A DNA stretch of 64,000 bases from Phaeosaccion multiseriatum (taxonomy: Eukaryota > Protista > Ochrophyta, other classes), in the NCBI GenBank assembly GCA_965112735.1, contig OZ218957.1, forward strand, positions 2,976,001-3,040,000, given 5' to 3'. Positions within the stretch are counted from its first letter, which is position 1; each line of letters begins with the position of its first letter. The position numbers were made by a program, and so were the translations under genes. The notes under the pieces were generated by a model that did not search any database, was not told the origin of the DNA, and was given only the letters and a program-made list of their open reading frames with translations. Of this stretch, positions 10,981 through 23,250 are shown one piece after another.

Positions 10981-13900
10981 ATGGCGCCCAACGAGTCGAG
11001 TGTGGCCCACCATAGCAGTGCGGGCATGACGAGCGAGAACCAGGGCACGTGGGACAGCACCACTCAGACCTTTCACGGAGGGCAGGATTGGAAGTTCCTA
11101 TCCAACTTCGTGGAGGATTTCAGGTGTGTGTTAGTTGATATGGACCCCCCCAGAGAGGAGAGGGTTGTCATGTTTCTCACCCCTCTCCCTCTCGATCCCT
11201 CGATTGCCCTCTCTGCACACAGCGTGACGACCAACGGGCTGGGGACTCCTGCAAAGGCGCTGGAGGCAGCTCGCAAGTCGTGCGACCACATCAACCACTA
11301 CCCGCCCTCAGACTTCGAGCCAGCCATCTCCGACCTCGCTCGCTTCCTCTGGCCCAAGGGTGCGTACTTCCCTGCCTCTCTTCTTTAGAAATAAGTAACA
11401 GAGGAACAGGTACAGAGCCAGCAGTGTCCTCATTGCTCCGTTCTTGGTCAGTGAAAGTGCTCACTATTACTAACGTGAAAGCAATAGTAGCACAAGACAG
11501 ACAAGCAGCTGTGGACAGGACGGAGTGTCACTCTACTTTGCTGTGTGTGTCCCGTGTGCCTCTCTCTATCCCTCCCTCGCTCTCTATCGTGAGAACAAGC
11601 CGCTGGGGCGAGGAGGAAGAAGACGCAAGTGTATCGCAAAAGTAAAGAAAGACGGTGCGGTACGGTGGGAACGATACCTAACATCATGAGCCCTTCTACC
11701 CCCCCCCCTCCCCTCCCCTGACCCCCCTAACAGGAGATGCTGCGGCTTATAAAGAGATGCTGCTCCTCGGCAACGGGGCCAGCGAGCTAATAGACTTGGT
11801 CATTAGACAGGTAACTTCCTTGATTCCCCACGAATCGCAGACTGAGCGCTCCTCAGTTCAGTTTATTAGACCTCCTCGGGTAGGGTCTATCAATCTGAAA
11901 CAGTAACTTAAAGTGGGCTCCCCATCCCTTTCCCTTTCTCTCTCCCCTTCTCTCTCCCCTTCCCCCCTCCCCACACTACTCTTGCATGCCTGACTTGGCC
12001 TGTTTGTCTTGCTTGTGTCCTGCTCCCTCGTCGGCCAGGCCAAGCCCGGACTGTGGCGGCCTGGTCCTCAGCTCACGCAGTACAAGGAGTACGAACGGTC
12101 CGCTGAGGTGAGTGAGAGCGATCTTGAGAGAGGGAGGAGAGAGAGCGACACAGAGAGAGAGTGAGCAAAGTGAGGGAGAGCGAGCTTGGGGAAGGGGATG
12201 GCAGGGGAAAAGGGAGGGGAGAGAGAGAGTGACAAAGAGAGGGAGAGAGAGAGAGAGTGAGGAGAGACAGAGAGAGAAAGACCGAGCTTAGCGCGCGTCT
12301 GCTCTCTTCCCCTCGCCCACCCCGCCCCCCTTTCTCCCTCCCTCCCTCCCCCCCCCCCCACTCTCTCTCTTACCGCCATATTCTCTTAGTCACTGGCCCT
12401 CAATCTTCGTGCATGGGTGCTTACATCCCTCCTCCCTCCTTCGTCCTCCCTCCTCTTTGATTCTTACTCCCTCCTCATCTTTCACCTCTCCTCCTCTTTG
12501 ATTCTCCCTCCCTCCTCCCTCCTTCGTCCTCCCTCTTCCCTCTTCCCTCCTCCCTCCTCCCTCCTTCCCTCTTGACATGCTGGGCAGGCTGCGGGCTTCA
12601 CTCTCACCTCAGCGAGCGACCGCAATTCGAGTCTGATGTGTATAGTCAACCCCACCAACCCCACCGGGGACTATTGGAGCGTGAAGGAGGTCAAGGCATA
12701 CATTGAGGAGCAGTGCGCGGAGGGCACCACCGTTATTGTGGACGAGTCCATGCAGGTATATGGGTATAGGCATACGTATTGCATCTTTTCGCTCTTTCTC
12801 TCTCTCGTTCTCTTGTCCGGTGTTCGGGGTGTAGGCGCAAATAGTAGACGAAGAAAGCGTTGAGGGTTTCCAATCCTGCATATTCATTCGCGAGAGTGAA
12901 ATCAAAGTCAAAGGGATTCGTTTGTCTGTATGTATATGTGCGTGTTTCTCACTCTCCGCCTACTCTGCTGTGCTCACGCTCCTCCTCCTGCACTGCGTTC
13001 TGCGCCTTTGTGAACCCCCTCCCTCCCTCCTCTGCACAGCCATGGCTAGGGCCGGAGTGGCGAGAGGACAGCTTAATAGCGGAGAGGGAGTGGTGCCGCA
13101 GCCTATCGGAGCGGAAACAGGTGCACGTGTGGGTGATGACGTCATGGACAAAGATATGGAGCTGCACCGGGGTAAGGCTCGGCTCTGTCGTTGCGCCTAC
13201 AGAGACGCTGCAGAGGAGGTGAGAGAAAGAGAAAAAGAAAGAGGAGGAGGCGCGGGTGTATGGGCGAGAGAGACAGAGAGAGGTGCGGGGAGAAGAGGGA
13301 GGGGAGAGACAGAGAGAGAGAGGCATGTGTGTGTGTGTACCACAGAGAGAGGGGGGGGAGGGAGGGAGGGAGGGAGGGAGAGACAAGAGAATGGATGGTC
13401 GGGCATATGGGCGAGCGCGAAACGACTTCCACCGCAGCAGACCCAACCCAGCCTGTCAGCCCACCCCACCTCTCCCCACCCGCTCGCCTAGGGAGCCCTC
13501 CTCCTTGTTCTTGTCCCTTCTCACCCCCCACGTCGTCCCTCCTCGCCCCCCGCTTCTTTCTCCCTCGCCCCTCTACTCGCAGCGTGAAGGCCAAGCAGGT
13601 ACCCTGGAGCGTCAACGTAATGGCACTTGCCTTCCTTAGCGAGGTGGTGAAGGACGAAGCATACCTGGAAGAGACATGGAAGGTGACGACGGAGTGGAAT
13701 AAACAAACAAGAGCCGAGATGATTATGCTCAGCCCGTTGTGGGAGGTGAGTGTGTGAGAGAGAGGGGGAGAGAGGAATAAAGACCGACGCGCGACAAGTC
13801 GTTTCGTCGCCCCCCTTACGCTATGCGTCATCCTACACACGCACTCAATACGCACACGCACTCACTCAATACACACACACACACGCGCGCGCGCCCGCGA

Positions 13901-14459
13901 GAGCAGGTGCACGGTAAGGACTTCCTGTCTTGGCTGTGGATAGACACCAAAGACGCTGCTCTCACCAAGCGCATCGTGGAGGGGTGCAAGGCTGCGGGGG
14001 TGCCGGTGCGCAGCGGGGCTCCGGGATACGACCTGCCATCCTTCTTTAGGTGAGGGGGTTGGTGATACGGAGGGACGGAGAGAGGGATGGAGGGGCGGAG
14101 GGAGGGAGGGAGGGAGGGAGGGAGGTTGGGGGGGAGGTTGGGAGGGAGGGAATGCGGCAACTTCTCTGGTCTCTCTGGTCTCTGTAGTGTGTGTGTTGTC
14201 TGTTCTACAGCAGCAGACGTAGCAGTGGTGGTGGTCGTGCAGCTTTGCTGTTGTTGGTGCTGCTGCTGTTGCTGTTGTTGTTGTCGTGTGTTGTTTTGGA
14301 AGAGAGCAAAAGTCCCCTGCGTCAGCAGGACCTCACCCTCCTGCGACTCAACTTAACTTACCGTTGCCTTTCTCTCTCCCTCGCTCTCCGTCTCTCTCTT
14401 TCTTCTCGCCCCCCCCTCTCTGCGTCCTCTCTATCATCTCTCTTCTCCTTCCCACTCTG

Positions 14460-14494
<35 letters not shown>

Positions 14495-14721
14495 GTGTGT
14501 GTTTCTCTCTCTCTCCCACCTCTCTCTCTCTCTTTCTCCTCTCTCCCACCTCTCTCTGTCTCCCCCTCTGCCCCTGTCTCTCTCTCCTCCCCCCCCCCTC
14601 TACCTCCCTCAGAATCGCCGTACGCGGTGACAAGCCGCGAGGGGTGCTTGTTGACGCTCTGCGAAAGGTGTGTGACGCTTCCCCCGACGTAGAGCCAGCC
14701 GCCAAGAAGGCCAAGGCATAG
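10981..14721 (+). CDS. PLP-dependent class I/II aminotransferase (HisC / CobD-like)
   Basis: Nine exons. Motifs: FHGGQDW, DFSVTTNGLG, HYP, LGNGASELIDL, IVNPTNPTG, IVDESM, and the PLP-lysine motif TSWTKIWSCTGVRLG. The C-terminus has GVPVRS...FFRIAVR. Confidence 0.9.
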
Positions 14722-14724
14722 TGC

Positions 14725-14761
14725 CATAGATCACCAACAGGCATAGATCACCAACAGGCAT
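14725..14761. repeat. 17-bp tandem duplication (CATAGATCACCAACAGG x2) just after the aminotransferase stop
   Basis: Read directly from the sequence. Confidence 0.85.
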
Positions 14762-15668
14762 CCACAGAAAGCTTGTTTTTTTACTTTTTTCAGAGCTTGT
14801 TTACAGAGCACCAACTGCCCAGCCTCCGACGTTTCACAGTTGCCGTAGGGGTGAGGTGAGGCAGAAGGCAAGGAGGCAGGGAATCACGCTAGGCACTCGC
14901 TTAGCATCTGTCTCTGTATCTGTTCGGTTGGGCTGCAAGTGAGTGAAGGAGAGAGAGGTGTGGTGGGTGTGGAGTGCGGGGAAAGCGCTTTGGAGAGCAC
15001 ACTGTCTTCAGATTGTATTACCCCTCCCCACCATACTTAACACAAAATCACAAGCGGTGGTGACCTTGTCACCCACACTTCCATCGACTGCGGCGGTGGA
15101 CCTTGTCACCCACTTCTATTAGTGGACTTGGCTTCCACTCAACAACAGTCGCCATCCGTGACTCTATGATCGAGCCGCCTCGCCTCTCTCTTCTTCGGTT
15201 TCTGCTGGGCCTCGCCCCCCGTGTCCCGCTCACGTCCCATACCCAAGAATGGTTCCGTCAGCGTCTGGGAGGGAAGGCCGGGAGGCGTAGCGCTGCTGTG
15301 CTACACTACTGGACCCGCTCCCCCCCTTGTGGCTGTGGCGATACCCAGGACTGAAAGGAGGGCAGGGGTCCGGTGCCAAGAACGGGAAAGCTTCGATACA
15401 CCTCTTGCCCCCGTCATGCCCCCAAAGAGAGAAGGCCTGCAAAGCTGAGGAGGAGCAGGAGGAGGAGGAAGAAGGCTAGGGCGCTCGACATGCCCGCCTT
15501 CGTCCATGACCCTCTCCCCAGACCGAGCCAAGGCACGCCAGCCCCACACTACAAGCTTGTGGGCAGCCGCGGAACGCAGACAAGGCTTCTCTCTTCATGT
15601 CTTCATGCACCACTGCAGAGCAGTCCCGGTACCGCCAATCGCAGCGTGTCCATAGGATGTCGTCAGTC

Positions 15669-16679
15669 TTAGCAGCGGCAGGGGTGTCCATTGGCATGTA
15701 CCCACTCCTTTATCTCCTCAAAGGCGGCACGGGGCATGTCCCACCCATCATCTCCATGCATGTTCTTCAAGGCCTGTGGGCATACCCACCTGTCCCACGG
15801 ACACATGACCTCCTCTGAGCGGAGCCATTTCAGCATGGAGAGGCTGTTGGCGTTATGAACTGCATTACAGCAGACGTCTTGATCCCACGTGCACAGCTCC
15901 CGTGCGTTGGCATGCAGCAATTGCAGCGCTTCCAGATTGCCCTCTAGGGCCGCCCAGTAAGGCCCTTCCCTCCACCCGCTATTTTCGTCTGCCGCCTCCT
16001 TCTCTGCTCTGATGGTGGGACGCTGCTGCACAAGCAATTCCAGTGCGCTAATGCGCCCTGCCTTCACCGCCCCTAACCACACAGATGACCTCAGGGAAAA
16101 CTCACATTCGTCGGACAGCAGCCATTCGAGAACCTCCACACTACCGCACTTGCCAGCTTCCTTACTGATCCCATATTCCGACCAAGGGCAGCGCTCCTTG
16201 TTATTGCGGAGGTCCTCGGATCGCAGCCACTGGAGCACATTTAGCCCATGCCCACCATTCCTCACCGCGGCGTTGCAGGCCTCCTTGCCCTCCTTGCCCC
16301 AGTGGCAGTCCATACTGTAAAGCTCCTCGCACACGCTCACATCTCCGTACTCTGCCGCCGCCTTGAAAGTGCTCACACTCAGCTTGTACCCACCTTTCGT
16401 GGCCCACTGCAAGCGCTTGACAGACTCCACCACGCTTGGAAGAGAAGTCTCGAGTGAAGGATACACCGCGCTGTAGTGCTCCTGCCATTCCTTACACACG
16501 GTGGCGAGGAAGACGTGGTGGCCCTTTCCCACAAAGGGCATGACTCCTCGAAGCACCTCCACCATCCCCAAGGCCTTGACTCTGGCCACGGAGGTCTCCT
16601 GGTCAGCAGCGGCGTTCCTTCCCACCCTCTCCTTGCTGCTCAGGCGCTGCCTCTTTGAGGAATCCTCTGTCTCTGCCAT
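15669..16679 (-). CDS. Intronless ankyrin-like repeat protein with N-terminal F-box-like motif
   Basis: Single 336-aa ORF from ATG 16679. VLRGVMPFV...VFLATVCKEWQ is F-box-like. Repeated AAxxGxLxxLxWL...CPW units are typical of the algal/giant-virus CPW-type ankyrin family. Confidence 0.8.
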   Translation of the reverse strand: MAETEDSSKRQRLSSKERVGRNAAADQETSVARVKALGMVEVLRGVMPFVGKGHHVFLATVCKEWQEHYSAVYPSLETSLPSVVESVKRLQWATKGGYKLSVSTFKAAAEYGDVSVCEELYSMDCHWGKEGKEACNAAVRNGGHGLNVLQWLRSEDLRNNKERCPWSEYGISKEAGKCGSVEVLEWLLSDECEFSLRSSVWLGAVKAGRISALELLVQQRPTIRAEKEAADENSGWREGPYWAALEGNLEALQLLHANARELCTWDQDVCCNAVHNANSLSMLKWLRSEEVMCPWDRWVCPQALKNMHGDDGWDMPRAAFEEIKEWVHANGHPCRC

Positions 16680-16795
16680 GGCTGTATGCAGCAATCCACA
16701 AATCAATGGTCTTAGTTCAGATGACGTAGGTAGAGTGGTGGTGTTTGTGGTTTGTGGCACGCACTTTATTTTTTGGTGAAACGTCATATTTTCTT

Positions 16796-17034
16796 TTATT
16801 TGCGTGGGGGTTACACTTTATTGACTTAATAGGAATCACCTAAGAAACTGAAAGTGTGAAAGTGTGTGTGTGTGTGTGTGTGTGTGTAGGTGTCGCTGTG
16901 TCTCCGGGGCCCGCGAGGGGCCGGTTACTCCCCCTCTAGGGCGGGGAGGGGGAGTGCGGGACCGGCTCCGCGGTTGAGCCGGCCCAGGAAGGCGCGCTCC
17001 CGCTCCGAGAGCCACATCTTATTTGCGTGGGGGT
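16796..17034 (-). mobile_element. ~207-bp insertion bracketed by a perfect 16-bp direct repeat (putative TSD)
   Basis: TTATTTGCGTGGGGGT occurs at 16796-16811 and 17019-17034. On the minus strand the insert is a GC-rich body, then (CA)n, then TTTCAGTTTCTTAGGTGATTCCTATTAAGTCAATAAA. That last segment recurs at ~25344 and ~39748. Confidence 0.5.
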
Positions 17035-17492
17035 CGTCGTGGCCCAACCCTAAGCGGCAGTGGCTCACAGGGCCATCCGAATGACCAACTTGCCCTCTCC
17101 ATCCCCCCCTTATCCAGCTGCCCTTATCCCCCCCCTTTCCCCCCCTTTCTCGCTGAGCATTTCTTCCCAGCAGCAGGTACGAGTGCGGCGGTGGAGCATA
17201 AGGGCTGGGAGGGGACTGGGAGAAGCCGAGGTCATGCTGGAAGATGGTGGTCAAGTCCATCCACTCTTATCTCGTTCCTCAATTCATTCCTTCCTTCTTG
17301 TGCTTCCTCGACAGAATCCACGTATATATTTTATTTATAGTTCCTCACTTACCTCCTGCCTGCCGTTGTCCCCTTCCCTTCTCTCGTGAGACCAGACTTC
17401 ATTGGAGAGAGAAAGCTCTTCCCCCCGAGAAAGTTCTTCTTCCCCCCCATCAACTGCAGGGCGGCAAGCAGATCCAGCCCGCTCCACCCACC

Positions 17493-18495
17493 ATGGAGTC
17501 AGGTGGTGCCAGTTCCGCCGTGGCAGCTGCCCCCCATCCCGGTGCCCTTGCGGTAAGAGAGGGAAGCGATGTTGGGACCTTCGAAGCTTGCGATCAGGCC
17601 CTGGCCCAGGCTGTGTGCTCAGCAAAGTGATGGAGTGCTCGGGGGGGTGCGACGACTTCTTCATCGCAGCGGTGAGCAAGGAGTGGAAGGGGCAATACAG
17701 ACATCTCTACCTAGCCAAGACCACACTTCACTGAAGGGTGGTGGAGTCGGTGGAGCGCTTACGCTGGGCCAGGAAGTACGGGTATAAGCCGGATGAGGAG
17801 ACGTTTGAGCATGCCGCACACAACGGAGATGTGCGCGTGTGCAAGGCTCTTCACAGCATGAAATGTCCCTGGGACAAAGAGGTATGCATTGCTGCTGTGA
17901 GTAATGAGAGGCATGAACTCAGCATCCTCCAACGGCTGCGGACGGAGGAACTGCCCGGCAAGGAGATATGCCCTTGGAATGGAGAAGATGTGTGCGAAGA
18001 AGAAGTTCGGCAGGGGAGGCTGGAGATGCTGGAGTCGTTGCTCACGGACGAGGTGAACGTGTCTTTTGACAGTTTCACTCTGGTGGCTTCTATTTGGTGG
18101 GGGCGTATTTCTGTGGTGAAATGTGTGCTCCACCATCCCAAGGTCAGAGCTCAGATGGAGGCAGTAGGACAAAGCCATTTGTGGAGACGTGGGGCTGTCT
18201 GGGCGGCCGACGAAGGCAATCTGGAGATGCTGCAATGGCTGCATGCAAACGCACGGGACCTGTGCAGGTGGGGAGGAAATGTCTGTGCCAACGCAGTGCG
18301 TAACGGCAAGGGCCTCCCCATGCTGAAATGGCTCCGATCGGAGGAAGTCAGGTGTCCCTGGGACGAGTGGGCATGTCCACAGTTCGCGAAAGACATTTCT
18401 GGTCTTGGATGAGGTATGCCCGCTGAGGTATTCGAGGAGATGGAAGCAGTGGGTATTTACATGCCAATGGTCATCCCTGCCTATGCCAAGACTGA
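17493..18495 (+). pseudogene. Decayed paralogue of the adjacent F-box-like/ankyrin gene, in inverted orientation
   Basis: Collinear with 15669-16679 (VVESVERLRWA vs VVESVKRLQWA; MLKWLRSEEVRCPWD vs MLKWLRSEEVMCPWD; HANGHPCLC vs HANGHPCRC). Lesions: frameshift ~17610, small deletions creating TGA 17732-17734, TGA at 18410-18412 opposite a Trp, and frameshifts ~18440-18460. Confidence 0.85.
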
Positions 18496-18699
18496 TCGCT
18501 ATAGCTGCACTCTGTTTGTCGACTCGGGAGGGAGGAGGGCAGTCACCAGAGGCGTAAGGACGTGCTCCCTACACCGACCTTGACGGGCCGCGTGGGCGCT
18601 GAAGGCAAGATGAAGGGGTTTTGGTTTTGTCCGCCCCCCCCTCCTCCGAGCGATCATTGCTGCTGCACCACTACGTACGTGCACTCCGAGCCTTGGACC

Positions 18700-18900
18700 G
18701 ATGGCAGCAGACGGGGTAGGGAGGCCAATCATGGCGGCAGACTGTTAGGGAGGGAAGGATGGCAGCAGACAGGCAGGGAGGGGAAAATGGCAGCAGACGC
18801 GCAGGGAGGGAAGGATGGCAGCACACAGTTGGGGAGGCAACCGATGACAGCTGACAGGCAGAGAAGGAAGAATGGCAGCAGATGAGCAGGGAGGTAACCG
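18700..18900. repeat. Degenerate ~28-30-bp minisatellite (ATGGCAGCAGAC...AGGGAGG), about 7 copies
   Basis: Tandem imperfect units read directly. Confidence 0.7.
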
Positions 18901-19236
18901 AGGAGCACAGGAGGCGTCTAAACCAGCCCTCAAAAGCTCTGCGTCTCTTGTCTGTATAATTAATTTTTATTTTATTTTATTTTTAAATTGAAAGTAGGGA
19001 TCATGCCGCCTCTGTCCTCCTCCTCTTGCTGTGATTCCTTGCTACGACCTTCCTGCTGGGGCGGCGAAAAGCTCCCCTTCGGAATTGCCAATATCTCTCG
19101 ATCTAATTTATTATTAGTCCCCCTTCTTGCCAAAAAAGGAAGCGGAAAACAGCCCCCCCTCCCCCTGGTATTGTGGTAACTTACTTACCGCAACGGATGT
19201 TAATGTTAACGTGACCCCCAGTTAATGAAAATATAT

Positions 19237-21023
19237 TTAACTGAACAGTTCCCTCTTGTGGAAGTGGTACCCCCGCCACCGCACCTGCGCGTACTCCGCA
19301 AAGGAGAAGTCAATTTCGCTTGTCCGGGCCTGAATCTGAGCCCACAGCGCCCAAGTCAGGTGACTGGTGAGCGTGTACTCCTTCACTGCCTTGCTGATCG
19401 CCGACACAACCAGAGCCTGTGCCTCCTCAGTGGCAGCCGCACTGGCAGTTGGTGATACAACAGCAGTAGTGGCAGCAGCAACAGCAACTGGTACTGCAGC
19501 AGCAGCAACAGCATTAGCAGTTGGTGATACAGCAGCAGCAACCGCACCTGAGGTTTCCGCGCCTTGGCCTTGGTTTGGAAGTTGGTGATACGGTAGCAGC
19601 GCCTGGGTCATGCGGCTTAGGTCTCCGGAGGCGGCGGAGTAGCACTGGACCAGGTGGGCGGTTTGGTCGTGGCTGGGGAAATCTCTCTCAAAGTTGCCCT
19701 CGAAGCCAGCGCACTCACACAAATGGTTTGCCAAGTCGTAGCCGCGAGGGTTGTAGTTGCTGGGAGGAAAAGAGAAAGTGGAGAGAGAGACAGAGAGGGC
19801 GATTCATCAACGTGGGTACGTGTGTGTGTGTGCGTGGGTGCGTGTTCGGAGGTACTTCATGTCAGCGTATCAATCATATCATGGAGGCAACACTCTCAGC
19901 ATCTCATCATCTCTCTCCCTCCCTCCCTCCCTCTCTCTCTCTCTCTCCCTCCCTCCCTCCCTTCCACCCTCCCTCTCACCTGTACTCGTAGTCAATGAGG
20001 CGAAGCGTTTGGATGACGGGCGGCTTGCTGCCCTTCTTCTGCTGCTGCTTCTTGTCCCCAGGCGGGCCCACCAGCACATTTCCACTCAGAAGGTCGTTGT
20101 GAGCAAAGACAATGCCATCTGAGAATTGGATGGCGAGGGCTCGTGCCACTTTCTCCGATGTCGTCGGCACCTCGCTCCTTGCGCCACTCCCACCACTACC
20201 GCCACCCGTTCGAGACTGAGCAAGTTTGAGCGCACTCTTTGCCTCTCTCGCTCTGTCCTCCAGGGCTTTCTTGAGCCACTTCACCTCTCGTTCCACTTCA
20301 CTCAGCGGCAAGTCGAAGGCACTGCTGCTGCTACCCTTGCTGTTCGGAGGAGGGTGCGATTCCAAGTCTTTCAAGGTCCTGCGGGGAAGCACGGAGATAC
20401 AAAGAGTCAAGAGGTGTGGGGTGGGTGGGTGTGGGTGTGTGTGTGTGCGTGGGTGCGTGTGTGGGTGCGTGTGTGGGTGCGCGGGTGGGCAAGGACAAGG
20501 AAGCCTATCTCATACACCCATCCAGCGGAACCTCACTGGCACCTAACAAAGCCAACCACCAAGCCATCTAACCCATGTTGTGATTCACTTACGCGAGCCA
20601 TTTGTCAATGGTGGCCCACATGACTGGATGTGCTGCATCCCCCGCGGACTTGACGGTCTGCTTGTGCAGAATCGCCAACTGTGAGGCCACTGCCTTGGGG
20701 ACGTCGAAGGGCGAGCGTTGGAGCAGCTCCGGAACGGTCGCTGCTCGGGCGTCCAGCAACTCCTGTGGTCGGTCGATGATTGGTGCATTCCATCCATCCA
20801 TGCATGCAGCCATCCATTGCCATCCATTCAGCCATTCATTCCGGGGGGGGGGGGGGGTCGCCAATGAATGGGGGGGGGGGAGAGCCAAAGTCAGTGGGGG
20901 TGGTGGTAAGAGAAATGGGGAAGTAGTCAGTCCATTGACTCGCTTGTGATCATCTCATCGGTTGCTATATATATATACACATGTGTGAGTGGTGTGTGTG
21001 TGTGTGTCCCTCTCTCTCTCCCT

Positions 21024-21079
<56 letters not shown>

Positions 21080-22072
21080 CTCTCTCCCCTACCTACCCAC
21101 CTACCTCGATCCTGCCCTTGCCTCGCTCGAACTCGCCGTAAAACTTGGGGCCAAACCCCAACTTCGCCAGCTCCTGAAACACTGCATTCTCCCTCCGGCG
21201 GTCCAGGAGCAGGTCGGTGTCCTTGCCATAGACGCGGATGAGCAGGCCTCTGGTCTTGTCACCGTTGGGATAGGCTCGGAAGATGGTGTTGGTGATACCT
21301 TAGGATCACAGATTGAATTGTCGTGTGGGTCCCAACGGAAAATGTTGGTGGTAGTAGTAGGTGAAAGCACGAAGGGGGCGAGGAAGGGGTGCGCCGTAAG
21401 GGGAGAGTGTCTCAAGTCTGCAAGTGCTACAGTAAGGTATGCTAAGCCTCTCTAGGGTTGGGTGGGTGGGTTTGGGGTTGGGGGTGCTTGGGAGGCACAG
21501 ACGACTAAATCTCTTGTTCCCAAGAGATGCAATGGCCAGAATAGGAAGAGGAGAAGCGCATCCACCGTACCTCCTTTGATGGGCTTGATGGTGACTGCCT
21601 CATCGGGCACATTGCTCCAATCCTGCATCACCTCACGGATGTGCCCCAGCACCTCCGGATAGCTCTCAGAGGCTCCCTTCCCTGCATCTGCTTCAGCCCG
21701 CAGGGCTCTCGGGAGTGTAACTGCTGCCGACAATACCACCGCATTGGACAACACGGACTGCAAGAGCTCTCTCCTGCTAGTGCTATTGCTACTGCTACTG
21801 CAACTCAACGTCTTCGACTCAGCCGCCGCTGCTGCTGCCTCCTTGGCACAGATGAGGGCTTTGACGCCATCGTGATGGGAAGCGAGAGTATCTCCACCGA
21901 CTCGTCGAAAGTGGTGCCCTCTCTGCTCCTGCTGCTGAGTGTCTCCCCTTCCTCGCTCTCTGTTAAGACATGCACTCGAAAGGGATGAAGGTATGAAGGC
22001 TGTCGAGGAGCCAGAGAGCATTGCAATCGCATATCCCGCAGCCAAGCACTTTCTTCCAATCATTGGACCCAT
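19237..22072 (-). CDS. Choline/ethanolamine kinase with signal peptide, plastid transit and twin-arginine presequence
   Basis: Five exons. KPIKGGITNTIFR, LLIRVYG...DRRRE, GFGPKFYGEF, Brenner motif VFAHNDLLSGNVL and choline-kinase motif LIDYEYSNYNPRGYDLANHLCE. N-terminus: ...AIAMLSGSSTA-FIPSS, later SRRELLQSVLSNAVVLSAAVTLPRALRA. Confidence 0.9.
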
Positions 22073-22152
22073 TTTTCTCCCCCTCTCCTCCCTAAAGAGC
22101 CCCCCTGCCTCTGTGTATAAGGTAAATGAAGGCGAAGGAAGAAGAGAGAGAA

Positions 22153-22210
22153 AATTGTTCATTGACTTACTCTTTTCCCGCAATTGTTCATTGACTTACT
22201 CTTTTCCCGC
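22153..22210. promoter_or_regulatory. Perfect 29-bp tandem duplication inside the 199-bp divergent intergenic region
   Basis: AATTGTTCATTGACTTACTCTTTTCCCGC at 22153-22181 and 22182-22210, between ATGs at 22072 (-) and 22272 (+). The repeat is certain; a regulatory role is inferred. Confidence 0.5.
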
Positions 22211-22271
22211 TGAGTCGGTGATTCGGTGACGCCCATTCCTCGGAGGGATTAGACCCCACCGAAGATCAACC

Positions 22272-23201
22272 ATGCTGCTCTCGTGTCTTTGGACGACTCT
22301 GTGCATATGCCTGCTTGGCCTGGTGCTCCAGGAGGGGGAAGCTTTCAGCACCACCGGCGGGACCTCTCGTATCAGAACTGGCAAGACAACACGGTGTTGG
22401 AGTGAAAGCGGGAACGAGAGCTGCAACCACCACCACCACCACCACCAGCAGCAGCAGCAGCAGCAGGGGTTACTAGGAAGAAGGAAGGGTTCGCTCCAGC
22501 GCCGGAGATTCCTGCAAAACTTGTTGACCGCAGCTGCTGGGAGCGGCCTCGTTGTGGCTCCCTCAGCCGCCCTCGCGGCCAAAGGGGCGGCTGAGCTCGA
22601 CGCGGAGTACTATTTGAAGTCCCTGTTTAACAGTGAGTGCGTAGCAATGGGTAGCACCGGAACTTTGCACAGCTGTATTCTTGCGGCCGGTCGAGTGGGC
22701 CTCTTAATAGACTTCTCGTTCGCTCGCTCGCTCGCTCGATCTCTCCCCCCACCCCCTTCCGCTCCCTCTCTCCTCCTTCGGGGAAACACCAGACAACCTA
22801 CCTGATGTATCCAAGCGGCCCGACAAGCCCAAAGCAGCCCGTGCCTTGGACCTTGATCTGGCACAGCTCCTGCAAGACACCCTGCTCAAGCGTATCATCG
22901 AGTTTAGCTCTGTGGGCAGCAAAGACAGCGCAGAGGTAGTTGGTAAGGCCACCAAGGACAAGATTGAGAAACTTATTAAGGACCTCGGACCTTACTTCCA
23001 ACGGTAAGTGACTTTTAGCTCCTGTCTCTTGCCTCTCGCTCTCTCGCCTCTCTCCCTCCATGTCTCTCTAACCGCTCTCTCCCTTCGCCCATTACGCTCC
23101 CCAGGAAACAGCCCTTCCCGCTTGATGATCTCAGTAATCAATTCTGCTTTGACTTGCGCAGCTACGCCGCTTTCAAGGTGAGGGGAGATGCACAAATGGG
23201 A

Positions 23202-23250
<49 letters not shown>

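Noticed and set aside
16925-17260. 111-aa minus-strand ORF as an independent gene
   Set aside because: It spans a repeat boundary, has no recognisable motif and is better explained as part of the insertion.
17732-18412. In-frame TGA codons suggesting recoding (Trp or Sec)
   Set aside because: The same locus has frameshifts, the first TGA results from small deletions, and TGA is a normal stop in neighbouring genes (889, 26209).
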